NCBI GenBank assembly: GCA_958009085.1
Contig: OY253682.1
Span: 372,001-436,000 of the forward strand
Reading direction: 5' to 3'
Source of the DNA: Protoeuglena noctilucae
Taxonomy: Eukaryota
Length of the DNA: 64,000 nt
Of this stretch, positions 1 to 10,283 are shown in pieces. How positions within the stretch are numbered: the stretch's first letter is position 1; every line of letters starts with the position of its first letter. The position numbers were made by a program, and so were the translations under genes. The notes beneath the pieces are model-generated. The model saw only the letters and a program-made list of their open reading frames with translations. It ran no database searches and had not been told where the DNA came from.

Positions 1-94
1 GCAGGTTCGAACTTTTCCGTGGGGCGCAGCGAGATGGGATATCAGAGGATAGGATGCTGATTTCTCGCCGGTGTCGCCGCGTGCAGGGTTTAAA

Positions 95-3000
95 ATGACC
101 AAGGAACCCGCTGTCACCATTGCATGGCGGAATGTCACGGTGAGCGCGCGGGGAAATCGACTTTGTTCATCCATGAGCACATCCCTGAGGCCCGCTGCCC
201 GCTTGCTTATTCGCTTATCTCCCACGACCAGCGCTTTGTAAACGTACGTGGAAGCGCTTCGTGCGCGTGTTTTCCCGATCGTGTGCCAGGATCGCCCGCA
301 TCCACACCGTTGTCCCCGATCCTGCAACATGACCCAGTGGATCGCGATCTGGGCCTGCGCCGCCGCAGGTGGACGCCGTGGACAGCAAGGGCAATGCGAA
401 GCAGATCCTGAAGGGCGTGGACGGCTACTGCGAGCCGGGCCACATGCTGGCGATCATGGGTCCGTCGGGGAGCGGCAAGTCGACAATGCTCGACACGTTG
501 TCAGGGCGCATGACCGGCAACGTCCGCATCGACGGCGAGATGGCCGTCAACGGCCGCGCCGCGTCGCTCGTCTACGGCAAGGCGGCCTTCGTCTCCCAGG
601 TGACAGGACGCCCTGTTGCAGTCCATGACCCACCAACACCGCTGCCAGCCGCAGCCAGAGGCTCACCTTCCTGCGCGGCACGCCAAACACCACGCACAGT
701 GTGCGATGAGGTGCACGATGCCTCAGCTGCGCTTTAAACCTCAGCTGCGTTCCAACCCTTACCATGCACATCAACATGCTTGTGCCCGCAGGACGATGTG
801 CTGATTGGCACCCTGACGGTCCGCGAGACGCTCACGTTCGCCGCGAACATCCGCGTCCCCGGCCTGACCGTCGCCGAGCGCCGGCGCCTGGTGGACGGCA
901 TCCTGGAGGACCTGGGGCTGACCACGGCCGCCGACACGTACGTCGGCAACTGGCACCTGCGGGGCCTGTCGGGTGGGCAGAAGCGCCGCCTGTCCATCGG
1001 CGTCGAGCTCATCACGTCGCCCCGCCTCATCTTCCTGGACTAGCCCACCTCGGGCCTCGACTCGGCCGCGTCCTACTACGTGATGCTCGCCGTCCGCCGC
1101 ATGGTCGAGGAGGGGCGCACCGTGGTGTCGGTCATCCATCAGCCGCCCTCGGAGGTGTACGACCTGTTCGACAAGCTCCTTCTGCTGTCGGAGGGCCGCA
1201 TGGTCTACTTCGGCGACGCCAACAAGGCCTCGATCACCTTCAAGGAGGCGGGGCTGGTCAAGCCCCCGAACCAGGGTGAGCAATGAGCGCGGCGGGAGTG
1301 CGTCTGATGGGTACCCGAGCAGCGGACCTCGCCGGGGGTCGTCATGATTGCATTTGTCCCGCCGTCGCCATGCTGTGTGAGGGTGCATTGTGCTGTGGCC
1401 CATGACTGCACTGCATGTGGCTGGTCCTCGCAGGCGAGGCGGACTTCTACCTCCACTGCATCAACAAGGACTTCTCAAACGCAAGCGAGGGCGTCGGGGG
1501 CGCCGTCAAGGTCGACGTCGAGGAGACCACAGAGTGAGTGACACTGACTCGTGACAGGGCGATGTGTGGTAGTGAAACAGTGGTCGTTGGTGGGGTAGTG
1601 AGTGGCGGGGCAGCGCAGTGAGTGGTGGGGGAGTAAGTGGTGGGGCAATGACTGGTAGTGCAGTGAGTGGCGGGGCACTCACGAAGGCACCCGGCATCGT
1701 GATCGCAACCCCATAATCACCGTCCGCCCCGCCCGTGTCCCAGGAAGCTGATCTCGACCTTCCGCAAGAGCAAGCGGTTCGGGGAGGTCCAGGACAAGGT
1801 AGACCGTCTGATGAAGATGGACGGGGAGCCTGCCCAGCCGCAGCCCACGCGGGGGTGGCTGACGCAGACGTACTACGTCACGCTGCGCTTCCTCTACGAC
1901 TACTCCCGCAACATGGGGGCCTTCGGGCTCCGCATGGGCATGTACACGAGTGAGGGCTGGGCCGCTATCGGCTGCTGTGCTTTGGCAGGGTACTGCGAGG
2001 CCCATGGGCTGCCGTGTGCCGCACATTTATCAACGCACACTTCGCTGTTGTGCTGCGGCAGGCTACCGTGAGCAAACCCTCCTCCTCGCCCACACCCTCT
2101 TTGCTGCCCCTCGCTTCACCCGCAGTGCTCAGCATCTGCATGGGCACCATCTACCTCAAGATGAACCACAGCTGGGACGAGGTGGGCGCCCGCAGCGCCC
2201 TCCTCTTCTTTGTCGTCGCCTTCCTCACCTTCATGTCCATCTCGGGATTCCCCTCCTTCATCGAGAGCGTCAAGGTGTTCCTGCGGGAGCGCCTGAACGG
2301 CTGGTACGGCGTGAGCGTCTTTGCGGTCGCCAACACCCTCGCATCGGCCCCCTTCGTCTTCGGGATCGCCCTCATCTCCTCCATCTGCCTCTACTTCCTC
2401 GCCGGGCTCAGGTGAGAGACAAACCCATGCTCCTTACCTGCCGCCAGTTGTGTGCCTCATATCATGAGAACTATAGGCAGACCGACACGCCTGCCTGTCA
2501 CCCGCACATGGCGCGTGCACGCATGGGCAGCCGCACCCATAGCCACCGACAGATGACGCCATGCCCTCTTACCATCCCATACTCAGGGGTGGCGCCACCT
2601 ACTTCTTCCGGTTCCTTCTGAACCTGTTCCTCAGCCTGCTCACCGTCGAGAGCCTCATGATGGCCGTCTCCGCTGCAGTGCCCCACTTCCTGGCAGGGTG
2701 AGGGCGACGGCTGCGTGCTGGACGTGGTGGTGTGCGATGCCCGGTCATGGCATGCCCCACCCCTTACCACCCACCACCCCATGCCACCCCACCAACTCAT
2801 GCTGCTTCACCACCCCAAACCATGCCACCCCTGCTTTGCCCTGCAGCATTGCCGCGGGCGCCGGTCTCCTCGGGCTCTACATGCTCGTCTGCGGCTTCTT
2901 TAAGGCGAGTGAATGTTGCCATGTTGATAAGAACTTGATTCGCATTGCCTATGCACGCCTGATGTGCTTGCCTAACTCTGCCTTGCACACCCCTGACATG

Positions 3001-3551
3001 CGCACCCCTAACAGCGCGCACCCCGTCACCCCTACTGTCCCAGGTGGTGGGCGCGCTCCCCGCCCCCGTGTGGCGCTACCCCCTGCACTACATGGCGTAT
3101 CACTCGTACAGCTACCGCGCATTCATGAACGAGGAGTTCCGGGGCACCAGCGGCTGGGGCTGCCCGTGCCAGAAGACCGATTCGTGCTCCGTGCCGTGCT
3201 CGCTAACTGGCAGCGACGTGCAGCGCATCTTTGACGTGGAGGACAAGCCCTACGGGCTGGACATGGGCATCCTGCTCATCATGATTGCTGGGTACAGGTG
3301 AGGCACGAGACATAGTGAAAAGAGTGGACACTCTGCTTGCTGGGTGCCGGTGGGGCGACCACGAGTACCGGTAATATGGTCTTCCTACTCCTGTTCTGTC
3401 AGTGATGCATGTGGGCAACCCTTTCACCAACGCTGCTCTCTGTTTCCCTCCTTGCAGGACGATCTTCGTGCTCCTGTGCAAGCTCCAGGAGCTCCGCCGC
3501 ATCAGTAAGCAGTCGCTGCAGGGGCCCCAGGGTGACAAGTACACCGCCTGA
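95..3551 (+). CDS. ABCG (White-family) half transporter, about 10 exons, with one in-frame TAG at 1041-1043 (possible pseudogene or base-call error)
   Basis: Exons 95-139 (MTKEPAVTIAWRNVT), 369-599 (Walker A GPSGSGKST), 792-1275 (LSGGQKRR signature, IFLD*PTSGLD, IHQP H-loop), followed by ABC2 membrane-domain exons (e.g. 2126-2411, 3044-3297) and a final exon 3458-3551 ending TGA. Splice phases are consistent. An extra upstream exon is possible (CAG at 84-86). Confidence 0.9.
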
Positions 3552-4292
3552 TGCCACACAACATGGCACGACAGAGGGGCGCCCTGGGTTCCCCCAACGT
3601 TGCGATCCTTCCCGTCACGACGGGGGGTGCGTTGGCATGCCACGACAATGCACCCCCCATCGCCACTTCGAAAGGCGTGGCTCCAACAGCTGGCGACTGC
3701 TTGTATCGAGAGTTTTCTGTGAGAGTTATGGCCATTATGCACACCAACTGTCTCCATCTTAAGCTGCGCTGCTAGACCCTTAGTGTGTGCAAGACTGCCT
3801 AGCCCCTAGGACATTGCCTGAGCCCGCCCCACCACCCCGTGCATCTCACGACCCACGCACCTCTTCATGTCAGCCATTTTTGCCTCTTCCCCATACACCC
3901 TTCCGCACCAACCCATCGCCATGACTTGTTGAATCGCCAGCCAAACGTCTGCGCGTCACGGCACGGCGCCACCGCAAGCTGCGACTGGCAGAGCACCTCC
4001 AGCTGCCCTTGACGACCAAGCAACCTATCAGCAGCTGACAGGGCCTGCTAGCAGCTAGCGCAAACCGCCCCCGCTCTCGACCGCCCGGCCCCTCTCCTTT
4101 GCCTCTAAGAAGGCCTGGACCTCCAAGTCTGGCACGGTCAGAACCCTCCCCACGCGCGCCCCCCTCGACCCCACCACTCCCTCCCGGCTGGGGAAGAAGG
4201 CCGGGTCCGGCGGCAGCTCCACCGCCCCCTGCGGGCGACGCCGAGAGCAGTGTAGTAAGCGAGTCGCCCATGCAAATTTAAATTAATATTGA

Positions 4293-5678
4293 TCAATGAC
4301 AATTTGAATATGCATTGGAATTGCGCGCAAGGGACCGCACCTCGGGCTCGAACACCCCCCTGCGCCGGTCCCACACTTGCACCGTGTCTCCCGGCTTGAC
4401 CTGGTCGAGGTCCCCCAAGTGCGGGTTGAGGTCCTCCATCACTTGCATATTCTCGACCGTGTACGCCCCCATGTACTGCGACAGAGACGGGCATAGAAAG
4501 CGCTGCGTCACGAGCTGGGGCCGGGAAGAGTGGCGGGGACGACAGCGGCACAAATGGTGCAGGCGGTGGCGTGTCACAGTACCAACACAAACTGGGTCGT
4601 CACCTGCCCCCCATCTGCACCATACACGCATTCCCGATCATCTGCCAGCCCTACCTGCACCACCACATCCCCGATCGTCTGCCCCGGCCGGAGCGTGACG
4701 GTCGTCACGGGCGAGAAGGTCGTGCGACGGGCACGGTCCCTGCTCCTGTCCCGCTCCCGCTCCCGCTCCCGCAGGCCTCTGCGACTGCTCTGCGACGGCT
4801 GGCTCGAGTCCGGGCCGCTCGTGCCAGCCGGGGCGTCCGCCCGAACCTCCGTAGGCGCCACGGGCGAAGGCGAAGGCTGGGCCGGCGGCGCCGGGGCCTG
4901 ACGCGGCCGAGGATCTGCGAGAAAGCGCAGGACCGAGAGTTGACTGCCCGAGCCACTGCCGCTGCTGCTCGCGACCTGCGCATCACCAGGCGAGCACGTG
5001 CGATGGCTCGGCTGCCTACGCATCGCGATGTCATGACACGAGGAGCAGTTGCACGGAATCCGCAACGAGCCAGCAGTAACGCACCTGCTTGTCGGGACGG
5101 CGGGGCCTGGCCGCTCGGCGCCGCGCTGGCGCGGGGTGCCGAGTCGCTCCCAGCAGGGGACGGCTCGATCTCCGGGCGGCCCCTCCCGCTCAGGATGCCG
5201 GACACGAGGGGGATGCTCGGGCGATCCTTCTCTGGCATATTGAGATAGCGCCACACCAGGAAACCCCCGACGGCCACGCCCGCGGCCACCGGGACCGCCA
5301 CGCGCCAGAAGAGGTCGCGGAGGGGGCGGAGGGGGCCCTTGCGCTGCGGGCAGAGTGGTCCAAACAGGTGTCTTGAAGTGCCTTAACCATCAGCGGCGAG
5401 CGCACGGCCAGGGACGCCCCGCCGGGGCAGCCACGAGTGGGCGAGTGTGCCCACGCACGCACCTTTCGCCGATGGCCGTGGCCGTCCCCGTTCATCTCGC
5501 GGGAAAGGTCGCCATGAGACCTCATTGAATGAGACAGGTACGAGTTGTAGCCATTGGCGTACGCGGAAGTCGCTGCGGGGGCGCGGAGGGGGACCGCCGA
5601 TCGAAAACGGGGTGGGCGGGGACGCAGGCCTCGCAGGGCTCCAAAAAGCCCGCCGCGGAAAGGCGCAGCACAGGTCAT
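4293..5678 (-). CDS. Single-TM protein with C-terminal LysM-like domain and putative transit peptide
   Basis: Exons 5678-5463, 5343-5085, 4914-4655 and 4475-4293 splice in frame. TM segment VAVPVAAGVAVGGFLVW. C-terminus TVTLRPGQTIGDVVVQ|YMGAYTVENMQVMEDLNPHLGDLDQVKPGDTVQV resembles the LysM consensus (TVxxGDTLxxIA...LN.L...D.l.PGq.l.i). Start codon is uncertain. Confidence 0.7.
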
Positions 5679-6541
5679 ATCGCGAGTGACGGGAGAACTG
5701 CACAAAACCCCTAAACCGGTGGGACCTGGGCGTCTGGGGCAGCGTTGGGGGTGCTCGTGTTCAGACCATGGGACGGCGGCCTACGCGCCGCGAGAGTGCG
5801 CTTCCCCATGCGCCAAACGATCCTTTCACTGATCTAAACGGTTTGGCGCGTGCGCAGACACGATAACCACCCGCAGCGCCAAACACTTCGGGCTATTCAT
5901 TCCGCGATCAAGGGAGGGACTCACGAGGGCGATGCGGCGCGGGATGGGCCACATTATGATCGGAAAGAACCAGAGAGCCACAAAAGCAATCTGCTGGCCC
6001 GCCCAATTCGCCAGCCCACCTGAGCTCTCCAGCAGCCTGGGGCGATTGATGCGGATCTTGTCCTGCTGTTCCTCACAGAGCTTGCAGGAGTGGTGGGAGT
6101 GAGACGCGTGTGACATCAGGGGCCAATGGGAGGGTTCCAGGGCGGTGTTACCGCGGGGCGCCCCGGTCGTCTATGTTTGAAGCCTCCCCACGCGCACCGA
6201 CTCTGTCGTCCCTGTGCCGCGCTCACTGGCCCTCCCGTGATTGGCGATATGGCACAGCGTGGGCGAGCGGGCCTCGGGACCAGCGTCGCCAGGCCTTGTC
6301 TGGCGCCCACTGGCGAGTCTGGAGGCCGCCGGGCGAAAGACGCCGAGTCAAAGGCGTCTATTGGCACTCATCGACGCACAGCTCCTGTAGGCAAAGAATT
6401 GAGGCCTGTCGCGACGTATCAGCCGCGAAGAGCACATCATTTTTGTCCGCACTCGTGCGTGTCTGCATTTGCGACAGTTATTGCCGCCAACCAACCTGCG
6501 AGCTCATTAACATTTCCCGTGGTCGTGACCGGCGCGGTGTG

Positions 6542-9057
6542 ATGGCTGCCGCGGAGCTCGGCCCAGTTCCAGAGTCCAACCCACAGGTGGGCCCATGCAC
6601 GGCTTCGTCCCGCGCGAAGGGGCTGGCAGTGGGTCGTGGGAGGTCCCTTTCGATTTCAAAGTTGCTTTTGCATCATGGCGCATCCCGCGTGGTGCCCGGC
6701 TGCCCTGCGCGTTGCCACGCACCTTGAGCGTTGCTTGCAGGCCCTCCACGCGCGCCTCCAGATCGTCCGGCAGCGTCTCTCCAATCTCCAGCGGTGGAGA
6801 GAGACCCAGGCGCCCTTTGGGGGCCCTGCGCGGCCCCCATCTGGCGGGACCGATGCTCCGGGGACACGAGAGCTGCGCGAGGCGGAGGACGCAGTGAGTG
6901 CGGCCGTCCAGGTTCGTTCGTGGGCCCACACGCCGGCGTGAAAACTATTTGAGATGACAGCCATCCGCGACTGCATACCATACCCCCGCTTCCTCGCGCA
7001 GAGCCTCCGGAATGTGGCGGCGCACTCGGCGGCAGCGCTGACCGCGGCTATTGAAGGGACGGGGTCGGCGCTGTCCGCCCCGCCTGCGATATGGCAGCGT
7101 CCGGAGACGCCTCGTGATGCGTCACATGCAGCGGCGAGCGCGCGGCCCCCCAGCGGCCGGGTCCGTCGCGAGGCACCCACCCCCCGAGACGACCATGCGA
7201 CAGGGCGGTCAAACGGCGATGGGGAGATGCTCACGGGACGCGCCGCCGCTCGCACTCCGCGCGCTCGCGCAGGTCGGCGGGCCGTGGACGAGCACGCGCA
7301 CCTCGTCGCGCGGATGCGGGAGGAGGGCTCCCACGCTGCAGCGACCGGGCGGGTGGAGCGGGGACAGACAGTGCTGGACGGGGCATTCGAATTCGACGGT
7401 GAGGCAGGAAGCGCCATGTGCAACCAACTGTGTGTTTGCTGTGCTTGCTGCGCCGCGTTTTGCAACCCACGCCGTGTCCATCCGCAGTGCTGCGCGTGCG
7501 CAACGGACTTCCCTTCTGGGTGGGTGGCGGGAACGAGGATGTCGGGAATTCGGATGCCCTGGGCCTGGTCGACGACATGTTGGCAGGGCTGGAAGACGTC
7601 CGCTTGCAACAGGCGCTTCTGGCGGACGGGCAACATCGACGCCCAAGGTGCGGGCTTGTAATGATTGGTCATGACATGGCCGAGCTTCCAGGTGCTTGAA
7701 AATGCTTGACTGCAGCGGAGTACCCCGCGTAGGTGCAACGAGCGACTCAGGCATCACCCTGTCTGCTCCCTGCAGCTTGGGCGATACCCCAGGGGGGTCC
7801 TGCACGATCGACAGCGCCAGTCCCGGAGCGCTCGCAAGAGCGGCTGAGCGCGGCCGGAGGGCAGGGGTCGGGGCGATGCGCCTGGGCATTCGGCCCAGGG
7901 CTGGCTTGGAGCACTGGGGCGGGCAGACGCTGGAACAGGCGCTCAGCGTGCCCCGGGAGCAGTCGCGAGCGCAGATGGAGATCGAGCGGGAGCATCTGTC
8001 GAGCGGGGCGGGGAGCCGAGGCGGGACGGAGGCCGCAGGGCAAGGGCGGGGGGTGCGGCCCCGACCAGACCTCGCAGAGTGGGGCGGGGGGCTGGATGCG
8101 GTGCTGCGGCCGCGGGCGCAGGCGGGGACGGGGACGGGGTTCGAGCGGCCGACGGAGGCCTCGCGAGTCCGTGAGCGCGGCGCCCGGGCACGCGTGCACG
8201 GCGACGTGCGTGCGCGTGCTGCGGCGGCTCGGGGCCACGAGGAGGAGAGGTCGCAGTACATCGGGCAGCTCCTCGCGCTCGCTCGGGATGCGATGGGCGG
8301 GGCGGGCGTCGAGGATCGTGCACCCGCTGCCCTGCCTGGGCCGGACGACCCATTTTGGGAGCCCGTGCCTGTCGTCAAGCGCAAGTCGCCCCTCGCTCCG
8401 GCCGTCCTGGCCAAGCTCACGAGGGTGAGGTTAGACTAGACTGCCCGCGTCACTACTGGTGGGGCTGCGGCGGGGTGCGACGTGCCGCACTGACACCGTG
8501 GCCTCGCGTCTTTGTCGCAGTTCACCTACTCGCCCGAGACGTTCGCAAAGTTCACCCGGAAGGGCCCCATACGGACGTCGTCGGGCCCTGCAGCCGTGAG
8601 CTCCCGGTCGGACTCACGGAGGGCGAGGGGGGAGCGGGAACGGCCATGGCGAGACACCGCGCAGCCAGCGGGGGCCAAGCCAGCGGACACCAAGCGCCCG
8701 CCGGCAGAGCGAGGCCCCATCGGAGGCCCGAGCAACCGGCCCCGGACACCCGTGCTCCCGGGGAGCGTGTCTGGGGAGTTTGTGCGCGTGCCTGGCACCA
8801 CGGCAACGCCGGCAGCAAGGGGTGCTGCCGGCCGCGGGCGCGTCGCAGCGGGCGCTTCGTCAGCGGTCGACGCGTCCTGCGCGAGCGACGCTGCTGCGCC
8901 GGACTGCGCTGTGTGCCTTGAGGCCTTCTCGGCCGGGGTCGTGTGTCGGATGTTCCGGGGATGCCGCCACGCCTTCCACGAGGCCTGCGTGGCCGAGTGG
9001 TTCGCGACTGGCGACTTCCGGTGCCCCATGTGCCGATGGGACCCCACCAAGGGGTAG
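6542..9057 (+). CDS. RING-H2 finger E3 ubiquitin ligase-like protein
   Basis: Six phase-consistent exons. The last exon encodes CAVC...CRHAFHEACVAEWFATGDFRCPMCR (C3H2C3) and stops at TAG 9055-9057. Confidence 0.8.
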
Positions 9058-9081
9058 TTCATCTGAGCGTTGAACATAACG

Positions 9082-9723
9082 CTATCGGCCGTACATCACG
9101 ACCGCCACGTGCAAAACGGCGATGGCGAGCGCGTACTGCAGTACGGCGTCCCTGGCTTGGATGTTGAGGAAGAGGGCCTTGTTCGCCGGGTCCAGCTGCA
9201 TCCGCAGCACAACTGCGTGGGGGCAGAACGTGCGTGCATGGAGTCGACCGTGACACCTTGGGGGCCCAAGGCCGCAAGCATGCGTCCTATGCTACAGGGC
9301 ATGGCGTACGCGTGCACTCACTCGTCAGGACAGCTGTCCCTAGCGCAGAGAAAAATCCCCCGATGAAAGAATTGAAGGGCGAGGACCTGCCGGCAACGAG
9401 AGGGGGCGCAGTTGGCCATCGCTTGGACCTCCGGCGCATCTCCCCTCTTCTTCGTGCACTGGCAAGTATATTGAACAGCGCGGACTCACTTGACGAGGTA
9501 AAGGTACGCGACCTGCAGCAGGGCGACGATCCCCGCGAGGGCCACCACGGTATCGCACGTGCGTAGCCTCCAGTCCGTCTCCCGCCTGCGCTTACATCGA
9601 GCAAGATGGTCGTTATGGCACAAAACCGAACTGCACAAGCGCACCGTCATCCGCGCGCGCTCCGATCACTCCCGGCCGACGCGCGCACCGGTAGCCCTGG
9701 ATTATCGCATCCAGCATCCCCAT
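9082..9723 (-). CDS. DAD1: Oligosaccharyltransferase subunit DAD1/OST2
   Basis: Four exons give MGMLDAIIQGYR|RETDWRLRTCDTVVALAGIVALLQVAYLYLVK|SSPFNSFIGGFFSALGTAVLT|IVLRMQLDPANKALFLNIQARDAVLQYALAIAVLHVAVVMYGR*, matching the DAD1 motifs QxxY..G.FPFNSF, LRxQ and LHxxxxNFxG. Confidence 0.88.
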
Positions 9724-10283
9724 CAGGTCCCCGCCAGACCCACTGCCCACGATCTTATTACCACAAACTACAGAAGAGTGGATGTGGGGCTCTGAAAGTC
9801 CACGGGCCGTGTTCAGCACAAGGATCCAAGAGGGAAGCAGGCAAAGGGCGACTGCAGTGGCAATCTTCGTGGATTCCCGCAGTGTCATCAAGCCTTGGGG
9901 GGACGCGGGGGCACCTAAGTCATGTGCCAGCCGGTCTGCCCATGTGTACTGCCCTAAGGCCTTAAAATGCGCGCCTGATAGCTGCCCAGCGCACTGGAAT
10001 GTCTCACGAAGCGCACGTTTCTAGCTTGTAGGGCAGGTATCGCTGGTCACGTCCCCTCCCGGGACCTCGGGCCAGCTCTGCGTCCAGTTGCATCACAGAG
10101 CCGCGCCTCTCCTGCCCACGACACGGATTCTCCCCTCTCGACGCGTCATTCGCATCATTGAACGACGTCCAAGTCGGTCCCCTTCGCCGCGTGGAGGCCG
10201 TGAGGTCCCCACCGGGTCGCTTGATGACGTGACGTGACCGGCGCGCCGGGCGACCCCGCCACACGCGGTTCAGCGACTGAGGG

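Noticed and set aside
1041..1043. Genome-wide UAG sense-codon reassignment
   Set aside because: Only one in-frame TAG in the exons traced; DAD1 terminates at TAG exactly at its conserved end, and very long exons contain none.
5703..5717. Telo-box or telomeric repeat (aaaacccctaaa)
   Set aside because: Single imperfect copy with four Cs; insufficient support.
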